This document shows positions 26,417-38,850 of a DNA stretch of 64,000 bases, piece by piece. This stretch comes from Tubulanus polymorphus. Its lineage: Eukaryota; Animalia; Nemertea. Position numbers and translations under genes: made by a program. How positions within the stretch are numbered: the first letter of the stretch is position 1; each line of letters opens with the position of its first letter. Where the stretch lies: contig NC_134025.1 in assembly GCF_964204645.1 (NCBI RefSeq), positions 18,637,101 to 18,701,100 on the forward strand, in the 5' to 3' direction. Below the pieces are notes generated by a model. The model was not told where the DNA came from and made no database searches. It saw nothing but the letters and a program-made list of their open reading frames with translations.

Positions 26417-29400
26417 TTGTATAAAATTGAATTAGAAAATAAATTGAAAATTTTAGGAATGGATCAAAATCTAGACCTAATAAAAACCAACTGTCACAGA
26501 AATACAGCGGAATTTCTCCAATCAAATTTTGATCATAATCTTCTGCCAACAATAACTAAGCCAACTCGCATAACTCATTCAACAGCTACTCTAATTGACA
26601 ATATTTATCTATCTCATGAGTTATTGGATTATGAAAGTTTCATCTTGACCTCACACTTATCTGATCACCTACCGTGCCTTGTATCTATTAAACTTAAAAG
26701 TCATACCCCTAAAACAATTACTCATCAATATACTTATAGAGATCTATCTGAAAAAAAAAATTTTCATATCAGATATTCCCTTTTGAGAAAGGACTGGAAC
26801 CAAATAAATAATCTAAGTAGCGAAGAGGGATACAATCATATCATTGAAAGCATTAAAACTGTATTAGATGACATTTCCCCCTGTATATCAAACACCTATA
26901 AAAAAACTGTTATCATTGAGCCATGTATGACAACAGGCTTATGTAAAGCTACCAGAAAGAAAGATATAATCTATAGAAAAGTCATTGGCTTAAATAAAAC
27001 CGATCCTCGTTATATTGCGTATTTAAATTATCGTAATAATCTGAACTACATCAAACGTCGAGCTAAAAAGGCATATTACACCAAAAGAATTCTAACATAT
27101 AAAGATAATGCCAAACAACTTTGGAGCTTCTTAAAAATAATCATTGGGAAACAAAATAAAACCAGTATTACTTCCGATTCAGTGGGTGGGAGGGTTATCA
27201 ATGAACCACTTGAAATAAGTAATTCATTCAATGATTTTTTTAGTACGGTGGGTAAATCGTAAGCCTCAAAAATTCCCATTTCAAATAAATCTTTTGACAA
27301 ATATCTTCGAAACCGTAATGAATCTTCTATTTTTCTCTTCCCCACAGATCCTAACGAGGTATTAAAAGTTATTCACAATCTCCCAAGTAAATCCAGCTGT
27401 GGACACGATGATTTGAACAATATTTTGATCAGGTCCATGGATTTTTTTAGTACGGTGGGTAAATCGTACGCCTCAAAAATTCCCATTTCAAATAAATCTT
27501 TTGACAAATATCTTCGAAACCGTAATGAATCTTCTATTTTTCTCTTCCCCACAGATCCTAACGAGGTATTAAAAGTCATTCACAATCTCCCAAGTAAATC
27601 CAGCTGTGGACACAATGATTTGAACAATATTTTGATCAGGTCCATTGGCCATGAAATAGCTGAACCACTTACTGTAGTATTCAATAAGTCAATGGCTGAA
27701 GGTCACTTCCCTACCAGCATGAAAATTGCCAAAGTTATTCCTATATACAAAAATAAAAGTAAGGACGATATGAATAATTACAGACCTATTTCTCTTTTGC
27801 CAGTTTTATCAAAAGTTCTTGAAAGAATAGTACACAAACGGCTATATACTTTCATTAAAAGATTTAGTTTACTTTATCCAAGTCAATACGGATTTAGAGA
27901 AAATCACTAGACCTGCGATGCCCTATCAGAATTCTTGAGTCATGCCATAGACAGCATTGATTCTAAACAATTTATGTAAAGTATATATCTAGATCTTTCG
28001 AAAGCATTCGATTTACTAGACATTGACATTCTTTTATCTAAACTATCATATCTTGGAATTCGGGGAACAGCCCTAAAATGGTTCACAAGTTACCTGAAAA
28101 ATCGAAAAATGTTTGTTGAATTTAGAAATTCTAAGTCTCGTATTAAAAATGTCGACTATGGAATACCACAGGGCTCAATTTTAGGGCCACTGCTTTTTAT
28201 TATTTATACAAATGATTTGTCGGGGTCCCTAAAGTATTGTAAATCTATTGCAGATGACAGTACACTAGTAGCAAGTGGAAAAAACTTGAGATTACTTGTG
28301 CAAAATGTCAAATCTGACTTAATTTCTATTATTGACTGGTTTAAAGCAAATAAATTAACCTTGAATATCAGCAAAACAGCATACATGCTATTTAAACCAA
28401 GTTCGTTTAAAGTAAATTTCGACGATATAGAACTAAAATTTGGAAATGACACAATAAAGAGGGTGACTAGCTTTACTTTACTAGGACTTAATATTGACGA
28501 GAACTTAACTTTTGAAGAGCATGTCCGAAGTATAATTTCAAAAATCAACAAAAACCTGTATTTAATTAAATGTATAAAAAATTTTGTTCCACAATGGATA
28601 AAGAAGATTTTCTATTTCAGTTATGTGCATAGCCACTTAATGTATTGTCTGAATTTGTGGGCTCCACTCATAACAAAGAAAAATTTAGACCACTTATTCA
28701 AATTACAGAAGCGAGCAGTACGAACGATTTCCAATTCTACTTCCCGAGCAACATCTAATCCATTATTCAAATCTATGAAAATCTTGAAGCTTGAAGACTT
28801 GATCAAACTGGAATTGGTTAAAACTGGCTATAGATATACTAAAACTAGCCTTCCTCGGCCCATTCTTGCTATCTTTCAAAAAAACTCATTCAATCACAAC
28901 TATAATACTAGACAAAGAGACTATGCGAGAGTTGCTGCCTATTCATCAAGTTTATATAATAGATCTTTTCTTGGAAAAACACCAATTATCTTGCAAACTC
29001 AAAATTCCTCAATCAAAAATGCTCCAACAGTCCACACTCTAATAAACAGATTTAAGGAAATCACTTTTAATGGCTATTGAACGCAAATCCAATTCTGGTC
29101 TTAAGTCATTTAAAGCACAATTCTTTGAAGTTAATGAATCAAACTGATGTATCTAAAACTTCTACAGCGGACAGATTACTCCCATTTTGCGTTTCCATTT
29201 CATCCTCATTCTACCTAATTTCATTAAATTTTGATCTTTTTTCTGGGTGCTTGGATCCCTACGGGACACAGCCTCCATTAAATATTATTTTCAACGGGGG
29301 CCTGGATGTCTTTGCATCTTAAATTACGATGTGTTCGAATTTCCCTGAATTCTAATTTCGCTGCATCATTGTTTTTTTAAACATGATATGCTATATATAA

Positions 29401-29480
29401 CCATGTGGATTTTAAACATTGTAAAGAAATCATCTAAATCGAGCCCATATTTGATCAAATATTTGATCAAATTTAATATC
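26417..29480 (+). mobile_element. 5'-truncated CR1/L2-group LINE, ORF2 (APE C-terminus + RT) pseudogene
   Basis: PTRITHSTATLIDNIY..SDHLP, NYRPISLLPVLSKVLER, LDLSKAFD, GIPQGSILGPLLFIIYTND, ADD, HNYNTR; premature stops at 27260, 27908, 27976; internal 207-bp duplication. Confidence 0.92.
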
Positions 29481-31559
29481 AATAAGAAACTTTGTATGGT
29501 ATTCAAGATTTCATTAAGTGAAACCGCAACCTTTCGACTTTGGACTAATAGCCATCATCAGGTGGAATGTAGACATTCTTAGTGAGAAGGGCTTTTAGTC
29601 AGATGGCTGTCAGTCAACAGCTGAAACGATGTGGTTTAACTTTAATAAATTTCATGATACAAAATTCTATGGTGGAATTTCTTCATTTATCTACAGTTAA
29701 CGGATTAGAGTATTTTATTCGACTTCTTCAGGTCCTGTAGTTGTTTAGGTTGAAAATTATTCACTTTTCGGCACAGAAGCGATATACAACCGTGTTGGTC
29801 GCTATGATAAGGATTCCCTGTATATCTGCACCTTAAATCGGTACCTTTGTTGGTTCTAGCCCGCATTCGCATCGGAATTCAAGTATTGGAAACGTTATTC
29901 TTACTCTGAATGCACTTCTGTCGTCGAATATGGTGCCACATATTAGTAATTATTTTACGATAATTTGTAAAAAAGAGTTTGTAAAAGAGATAATTATCTT
30001 AAATGATCATTGGTTCATCGATTCAGCAAAGTTCAAACACCTTACATTTTTGCGTATTATTTTATTGGCACCTTGAAATAAAGTCTCATAGATTGTATTG
30101 TGGCGCTAAGTTTATTACTATTAATGCAGTTTGTTCATTCATTCATCAATCACTGTCTAGTTAGCCAGTGTAATTGACCTGCTGACTGATAGCTGTTGTT
30201 GGGTTTTTGATAACCTATATAAACAATTTACTCAACAAAGTAGGGAAGTATGTGAAACTAAAATTACAGCCTATTGCATTTCTTTCACTTCTTAAGCCAA
30301 ACGAAGTTTTCGCTATCAAATGAAATTGCTGATTTCAAAATTACGTGAACATCTCAACACTGCACTTTTATACGCTGATCGTGTTTTCTTTTTTTAAGTT
30401 GGTAATTTTACCTGAAAAAATTGAAAAAAGCGAGGTTCTTTTTTGATCACAATGTGCTGTTTTAGCTGTGTGTACAAACATACGAGAAGAGAGCTCGTGA
30501 GGTATTGATTCAACTACGTGATGGATTCCTAGTACGGTACAGCCTAAAAGTAACATAAATCATAACGCATCCGGCGTTCGTCGGAGACATGTGCGTTTTC
30601 GTTTTTTCATTTTTGAAAAAACAAAATAGAAACGCAAATCAAACTAGTTACTACCGCGGTTCAAATCAACCTGTCTGCACATTGAATGCACGAACGTATT
30701 AATAGCAGCTCCCTTCTTTTCGAGTGCAACTTCTTGTATGTGGATGACTACATGGTAAAATACATGCAGTATGGATATTCGTCCCTAACGAGTGTCGAAT
30801 GCAGTCGGAACAAAACGAAAACGAATTAGAGAACGCTAGTTGAAAAAATATAATTGAATTGGCAAGTACATGGCTGATTAGCATATCACAACAACCACTT
30901 CTGCAGCAAGGACAAGCGAAAACGCTATTTTACCCAACCCTTACACAATTGTCAAAAGTGCATTTTCTGCTGCATATTTGAGAAAGTCCTTCCATAAGGC
31001 CAAAAAAAGAAGCCTTGACTAAAGTCCCAAGTGGGCTAAAAAGGAATGACTTTTAACGAGAATGAAATCTTCGAAAAATTGATATGGGTCAACAAATGGT
31101 CATAATTCAAATACATACCTTGAATGACGTAAATTAAAACAACTTAATCTTTGAGTGACCCGATAAGATTCGGTACAAACTTGGTGAGAGCCTGGGTTTC
31201 ATCGGAGGTTTTTCATTATCATACGGACCAATCAGGACAGAAGCTCCCAAGGTCTTCAAATTTGAGGCCAGTGCCGGTTAGTGACGAAACAAAGTTTATC
31301 GACTGACATGATTTTTAATGATTTCACTATAGGATTGCTTTATGTAGCTTACATCTTCACTCAGACAAATCGTTGTTACACGCCACCTACACCGTGGCGC
31401 GCGTACTCTATAACTGATACAAATACGCACTGAACACGAGAGTATAAGGCGATATTGCCTATGCAACTGTACAGGACTGTTTTCAACGCGAACGCTCATC
31501 GCTGTTACAATAATCAGGCTCCAAAACGGATTGCTAATGCGAACATTAATGAAATAACT

Positions 31560-31685
31560 TCAATTAACCTCTTCACTACCGCAGATAATGTAACCTACCT
31601 CACCAGGATTCGAACCCAATGGCATCAATCAATTCAAATAAAATCGGTATTAGAGGCTGTTAGAGTTACTAATCCTCCATCTATG
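31560..31685 (-). mobile_element. tRNA-derived SINE head (degenerate)
   Basis: B-box GGTTCGAATCC on minus strand at ~31606-31616; no intact cloverleaf. Confidence 0.35.
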
Positions 31686-32789
31686 AGTAAAAATTGGAAC
31701 TAAATTGAGGCAGACAAGCCTACAGTACGGCTACACACCAGCGGTGCAATGGCTCACCACACCAGCAATTGCAATAAACACATATCTGCGACGTCAATAT
31801 ACGTCACGCATGGTGAGAGAAGGTCATTATTTGCAACGTAAATATACGTCACAAGTGGTAATGAAGAGGTTAATGATGATAAAACAAGTATTCCAGTCGT
31901 GTAACTATCAGACTCATCCCTCAAATCAGCCGTGTGGCGAACTCAATAGTAAATTTCCGCATTTTTAAACCACATTTTCGTCAGATATCTTGATGCAACG
32001 TTACCTAACACACGGGATATCAAAACTAGATGAATCATTGAACACATCGTACACAATAAATCGTTATATCATACGCCTTGAATATCAGTATTCGCGCTAG
32101 AAATGATGTATATCAACCTATTCAATCATGAATTGAAAGCCCATAACTACCGAACAAAGCGTCGGATCTTGGCGATATGAAGTTGTTCCGACGCAAATAG
32201 CATTGAATTTTCACATGTATTATTTTGGAAAATAAAATATTAAATATATTTTTGTTTAATCCATTTAATTCGCCCATTAGTAGTGAAATTACAGGCTACT
32301 GACATTACGTTTGAGTGTGCTATAAATAGCTCATAGGCATACGAATGATTATCAATCGGCCAAACCATTGACATACGCTCGCCAACGCGAGCCAAAAATG
32401 ATAAAAAGATGACGATATGCTTTATACCAATGCAGGCGGGCAGATTTATAAAAAAATATTTATTTTCAAGCAATGATGCGGGAGCCTCCTGGAGGGCGGA
32501 CTTTAATTTTATCGCTAATTTGCCGGTGATTTTTTCCGATGCGAGCGGGATTTCAAAATCATGAGAAACAAGGCATCATTTCTTTTCGGCCTAAACTGAC
32601 TTAATCAAGATTTTTAAAATAGTGTATTTAAGACGATGATACTGTGGCGATGGGTTTCAGGTGAACAGCTGCTTATTATATCTGTATTATCCTTATCAGA
32701 GACCAGACTTGGCTCTGATTGGTTCCTTGAAACTTATTTTAATAAGCGAGAAATTAATTTCTATGGGTTTAACCAAAAATTGCACATAC

Positions 32790-32892
32790 CATTGCCTTGT
32801 ACACTGTAATACCAGAGAAAATTGTATCTTGTCATACAGCCATTGCATATCATTTCATCATAATCCGCATTTTCTGGAATATTTCCCAAATG
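32790..32892 (-). CDS. UBR7: UBR7 coding exon 6
   Basis: HLGNIPENADYDEMICNGCMTRYNFLWYYSVQGN (EM.C..CM...FLW.Y); AAAG/GTATGT, 103 nt, ends phase 1. Confidence 0.9.
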
Positions 32893-32970
32893 CTTTAATA
32901 GAAATAGAAATATTAATGTATAATTTTCTGAAGTTTCTATTTCTAAATGAATATAAATCAAAATACATAC

Positions 32971-33024
32971 CCTTCCATGATACCAATCCTCACACATGAT
33001 ACACTGAATCATTTCATCCTCAAT
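32971..33024 (-). CDS. UBR7: UBR7 coding exon 5 (PHD finger)
   Basis: IEDEMIQCIMCEDWYHGR (EMIQC..CEDW.H); TTTTAG/GTATGT, 54 nt. Confidence 0.93.
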
Positions 33025-33617
33025 CTAAAAATAGACATGTAAATGCAAATATACAGCCAATATTGCGTTCATTAATATATTGACTTCATACTACATTATG
33101 CATTACTTGGAGTCAATAAATGTTAAGTGCCTCCCGCTGGCAGCACAAGACATAGACATTTCCTTCAAAAACAATGTATCAGACCATCAGTGTGTTATTT
33201 CATGGGGAATTTCTTGATCAGAATTCCACTATACACATGCCACAGGCGACAATGGCTCTCGGGCTCAAGCTAATAGATATATAGTTTTGAGTACATGTTG
33301 AAAATTGTGTGTTTGTCAGGTCACACCAGCAGGCTGTGGTATGCAGAGCTATTTATAGCATGTTTGGCATGTCTAATAACTCGCAGAACTGGCAGCATGT
33401 GCTATTACTCCAATTTTTAGTTTCCAATGATAAAATCAACAGGTTTAAGATTCTTTCACCACATTTTCTTAAAGAATTGCAACTACGCTAGAATTTTTCA
33501 TTACACGTCATGAAAATAGACCCAATTTCAATTTTTAATCACCCATTCATAAAACCGTAATTTTTACCATATACCCTTTAAGATTGCTTAAAAATGTACC
33601 GAAAACTCCAAAGCAAA

Positions 33618-34870
33618 ACTAGGGGTCCAGGGACACCATGCCCACTTGGGACGTGCTTCCAAATGCTCAACAATCTAACAATTTCAATATTCAACGCCCC
33701 CTGGTGACCATATACAAAAACCAATGGCCTTGAAACTCACCACAATCATAGAACATGTCAGCAGCAACGATTTTGTAATTGATTGTGATAAAATATGCCT
33801 CGTTACCAATCTAATATGGAAATACTAAGTTATTCTACTATTCAACGCCCCTTGGTGACCATATTCAAAACCCAATGACCTTGAAACTCACCACAATCAT
33901 AGAACATGTCACGAACCATAACTTTGTAATTGATCGTGGTAACAAAATATGCCTAGGTACCAATATAATACGGAAATACTAAGTTATTCTACTATTCAAC
34001 GACCCCTGGTGACCATATAGAATAACTAATGGCCTTAAAACTTGCCACAATCATAGATGATGTCATGAGCTACAACTTTGCAATTGATTGTGGTTACAAA
34101 ATATGCATTAATACGAATATAATATAGAAATACTAAGATATTGTATTATTCAACGCCCCCTGGTGGCCATATACAAAAACCAATGACCTTGAAACTCACC
34201 ACAATCATAAAACACGTTATGGGCTACAAGTTTCTCATTGATTGTGGAAATAAAATACGCAAAGGTATCAATAATGTGGAAAAACTTTTTCCCACCTACG
34301 AATGAGTACTGATGACACCAAGATGGCCGCCAATTGCGTCATAATTGGCTGATCAAAAATACCTGTCACAGGTTTAAAACATCCCCTTTCAAAGAATACC
34401 CGTCACAAATTGCAATGAGAAATGGCAAACCAGTAGGAAGCTACAGGACTCAGAATTCGGGCCAAAATTGACATTTTTGGGCACTTAAAAAGGTCATAGG
34501 ACGGTCATCTTGAGTCCGATTGACCCAATTTTAGTTATGCTGATGGGCCCTGGGGGGATTCACATACACCCTAAAGATCAAGGAAATTGATCAAAGCGTC
34601 TTCAAAATTTCCCTCCAAAAATTCGAAAATGTGTAAAAAGTGTTGATTTTGGCAGACAATAATGGCTGCCAGTCGGCCATCTTGATTCTGACAGGGCCAG
34701 TTTTTGGGCTGAAGATGTGTCTAGGGTAGATACATGTGTAACACAAATATCAAGACATTACATTTAAGCGTCTTCAAAACTTCCCAAAATAACTCGATTC
34801 TGTCTACGGACGGACGACGGACGAAAACTGAACGCAATAGCCCGCTGGGACTAAAGTCCCAAGTGGGCTA
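33618..34870 (-). mobile_element. HINE family 1 copy
   Basis: Same termini and four ~153-bp units; ends ~30 bp from the exon 4 donor. Confidence 0.85.
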
Positions 34871-34901
34871 AAAATTGTCGGATTCAAATTCACTGATCTA
34901 C

Positions 34902-34997
34902 CTCATCATCTCTATCTGGATATGGACGAGAGCAGGAGCAATATAATCCATGAAAATTCTGATTATACTCGTTTTCTAAATTCAAAGGCTTTCTATC
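34902..34997 (-). CDS. UBR7: UBR7 coding exon 4
   Basis: DRKPLNLENEYNQNFHGLYCSCSRPYPDRDDE (N.YN.NF.GLYC.C.RPYPD motif, start of PHD); TTTCAG/GTAGAT, 96 nt. Confidence 0.93.
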
Positions 34998-35090
34998 CTG
35001 AAAATATTCAAATTCATATCATCATATATGGTTGATACACGGGCACTCAATTTTTAAAAATCAATCCGATAAAACTCGCTTGACACCTAC

Positions 35091-35154
35091 TGGGTTAAAC
35101 TTGCATTTTGATTCCTTCGGAAATTTACCATTGCCACAGTCACAACAAAAATTC
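35091..35154 (-). CDS. UBR7: UBR7 coding exon 3
   Basis: (R)NFCCDCGNGKFPKESKCKFNP completes the UBR box (NFxCDCG); TTTCAG acceptor, GTAGGT donor, 64 nt, phase fits exon 2. Confidence 0.93.
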
Positions 35155-35231
35155 CTGAAAAAATGTCAAATTCATATAACTTCATGTTATGAGCGAATTC
35201 TAAAATGATAGCATCACTGGGAGCATCTTAC

Positions 35232-35365
35232 CTTTTGGTATACAGCTCAAATAACTCATGACCATCATGACATTCAAGACTACAAGCAAGGCAAATTCCA
35301 GCAGGAGGCATGTTTGATGAGGTACAGGTCGAACAGGCATAAAGTGCTTGTCGCGATACATAACC
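35232..35365 (-). CDS. UBR7: UBR7 coding exon 2 (UBR-box zinc finger)
   Basis: GYVSRQALYACSTCTSSNMPPAGICLACSLECHDGHELFELYTKR, the hallmark UBR7 UBR-box; TTCAG acceptor, GTAAG donor, 134 nt. Confidence 0.95.
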
Positions 35366-38260
35366 CTGAATATAAAGCAACAATATCCATAGAATATAGT
35401 CTGCAAAGCAGTGATAATGGGTTTTCTGCCTAGCAGCATCACTGATATGCAAAACTTGGGGAATTACAAGTAGATATGCTTGATACAGTCTTTGTTAGTT
35501 GCTCTGCCAGCTCTTTTGTTTTCACAAATTCTCCGCAAAACGTTCAAAAATGGGTAACAAGAGAGAAATTCTAAAAGAGGGGTTGCTGATATGGTGGTGG
35601 TTTTGTATTTCTGTAGTAGAATTAATCGAACTTTGAACTGATTACTTTTTAAAGAGGTAAATGATCAGTGTTGTCTTATATCATTACATGAAATGTTACA
35701 CACGGGGACTGGGGATAGGAATGGTTATGTTGTAGACGTGGACGAAGTTAGTACAAGCTTTTGGTTGGTTGTTATTTGAATATTGTGGTGTCTTAACGGA
35801 ATCTATCATCATGTTGATAATTGCTAGATTACTATCGGATTGTGTTGAAATAATTTAGCTGTATAGAACAATTTACACTGAAAGAAAAAATGTGACTAAC
35901 TTGAGTGGCTTCAGGTGAAGAGATGCGAACACGAAAATAGATAGGAGCCACGATTTTTCTTTTTAAATAATTAAGACATTAAGCAAGAATAAGTTGCATT
36001 TCCTTCAAATGACAATCTACTTCGATCATCCGATAAAGTTTATATTGCCACCATAGACTACCGCCCTCTGGCTCTTTGAATAGACAGGGAACCAGTCTTC
36101 AATTCAGAATTTATTTAACAGAAAAGCGGTTTTAAAGTTTCAGATAAACTGAAAAATATAAACGTTCATACTGAGATTTTTCAAATGGTTGCTATCACAA
36201 GCACCCAATGAAAAGAAAATTAAAAGAATTTTTTAGAAACGTGAAAGTAAATGTTTTATTGTAAAATTTTAATTGGATCATTTAAAATTACTTCAGAACT
36301 TTATATAAAAATTTGTATAAATTTGTCAGATTTCAAAGTGTGTGACCTACATTTACCGTTGTGAGCCACCCTTGCTCACTATAAACATTATCAACAAGTT
36401 ACTGTAGCTAATGGGAAGTCTCCATTTCAAGTGCTTACCACCCGGTTACAGGGGCGGATCTAGGGGGTGAATAGGGTGGCTAGCCACCCCCTAAAATGCC
36501 TTCCAAAAAATTTTTATAAGGGGCTTTTTCGTGTAAATAGCCTATCTCTTAGATGAAATAAGAATGTTAGCTGCCTCAGAATCAGAACAAACAGTAGCGT
36601 TGTGACTTTGTATTATATACCTATTGTATGACGCTGTATGCTACGAGCAATCATCGAGATGATCGCTCATAGATATAAGTTAGTGTATCTCCAGCCATTC
36701 CGCCAGGGGGCATATGTATGCGGTAAACGATCATTTTCCCAATCAAAATTATTATTAACTTTCAGTGTTCTCGCTGGTTCTAAATGAAAGCTTGGCGCCA
36801 CAAGCGCTTAAGACGCGAGCCCACATCAGGTAGGGGGGTCCGGGGGCACTCCCCCAAAGAAATTTTATATTTCTAGGTGCTGAGATGCATTTTCACAGCA
36901 TTTGGGGGCCATAAGTAACTAGTTAAAATTCGGTAATTTTCATGCAGCAGCTAACGTCAGTAGTTTGTTCGAGGAACTTTTCTGCCGTATATTGGGAGGC
37001 TTACGTGCATTAAATAGTTCCATGTTCTCATATCCGTAAATACAATTTAATTTTATCATTAACATTATTATAAAGCATGGCATATCTTTAGTTTGCGTGG
37101 CGGTAAAGTGCCGTAGCATAGCAAGCCGCTATGCTAAAATAAATTGCCCATGGGCAAAGTGTGGTTTAACTTGAAAGCGGGAGGTTGTTTGGAGTAAGGG
37201 CATTGCTTGAAAATCTTTTTAATTCATGACTTCAAAGTTCTAGAAATTAATATTATATCTCATCTTTCTTAAAGAATTATTTTGTAGTCAAATAAAACCA
37301 AAGATAAACATTTGTTTATGGTCTACGTCCAAAATTTCGTAGGGTACAGGTAGGCGCAGCAGGGAAACTATTTCATATTTTCAAAAAAATATTTTTCACA
37401 ATATGAAAAAATATTAAAAATATAGCTGCAAAGCAGCGATAACAGGTTTTCTGCTGTCTTAGAATCCTGTTCATCGGTGGATTTCGACAAAGCATTTGAT
37501 AAGGCACAACATCAGCCATTACTAACTAACCAGGCTATTAGGAATCAGTATCAATGATAGGTCGCCCAAATGGCTCAGCAGTTATCTCTGAACGAAAAAC
37601 TTATAGCCAAAATCAACGGAACGCCTCACCTTGGAATAAGTCGGTCTAACTAGTGGAGTCGCGCTAGGTAGTATCCTAAGTCGTCTACTGTTTAATGTCC
37701 TGACAAATGACACAGTAATCCAAAATATACCGCAAATCCATTGTGACAAAGTATTGATTGACCTATTTAGTTCATCGACCATGTACCGAACACTATTATT
37801 GTGCCCCAGCATTTGGGCTCATTCTACTTGAACCCCAACATTCAATATGTCCACCAGATTCTGGTGATGATAAAGTCATTTTAATTTTTCTGCCAACTTC
37901 CATTTCTTCTTTCATATTCATCTGACATTAAACATCATTAAGTATGCGTCCCCTTATTGAAATTAGGTTAACTATCTCAATATATCGATGTAACTAGGAA
38001 GACCTTATTTAAAATGTTGTGATTTTTATGTCGACTTTTTGCGATATTGTCTCAATAAATTGCCATACGTATCACGACATTTTAGCTAAAGGAGTGATAA
38101 TTATGACGACGGTACGCGGTTATGTTGAGATACAGACGTCGACATGGGTGAAAGGCCTGATCCGTATAACGATTTATCATGATATTAACACGATATATCG
38201 ACTTAATTATGTCGATAAATCGCGATATATTAGTTTGTTCGACATAATTTCGGTTTTTTA

Positions 38261-38707
38261 CGGGTCCCATATATACGGAAGCGATAAAGGGCCTCGAGAT
38301 GTCGCGTTCGCGTCACCATATTTATGTCGACATACCGCGATATATCGCGTCAAATCGACATAAATATGTCGATATATCGTGAAGTTTTGACGACATATTT
38401 CGTTCTCTCGACCACTTTCCTCGCGACAAGTCGACATATTCATGACGACTTGAAACTCAGTCGTCATATCACTGGTGTCCTCATCTTACATTTAGACGTG
38501 TCTTCAAATGACGGCTTGTCCCGTGGAAAATGGGCAAAAAAGCGAAATTTGTCGTGAAAACGTCACGATATGTCGACATATTTATGTCGACATATTCATG
38601 TCGACTTGACGCGATATATCGCAATATGTCGACATAAATATAGCGATTTGTCGAGTTGGAACGCGACTACTCGAGGCCCTTTATCGCTTTTGACATATAA
38701 GCTTCCG
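38261..38707. mobile_element. Fold-back MITE with TA flanks
   Basis: AAGCGATAAAGGGCCTCGAG (38279) and CTCGAGGCCCTTTATCGCTT (38670) anchor ~150-bp imperfect inverted arms rich in GTCGAC/ATGTCGACAT. Confidence 0.65.
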
Positions 38708-38850
38708 TACATCTTAAGATAAAGAAATATGTGATCTTTCAGTAAGTAGGATCACTTGAATGATCGCTTTAATATCACTTTAAAAAAAAAAGAATCTGCC
38801 AAAATGACCTTAATATTCGACACTATATCAGATTAATCGACTTCAAAATT

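Noticed and set aside
36449-36495. Complete hAT element starting CAGGGGCGGATCTAG (similarly lone ends at ~19343, ~19757 and piggyBac-like TTAACCC at 63831)
   Set aside because: No matching second TIR/TSD found within the window.
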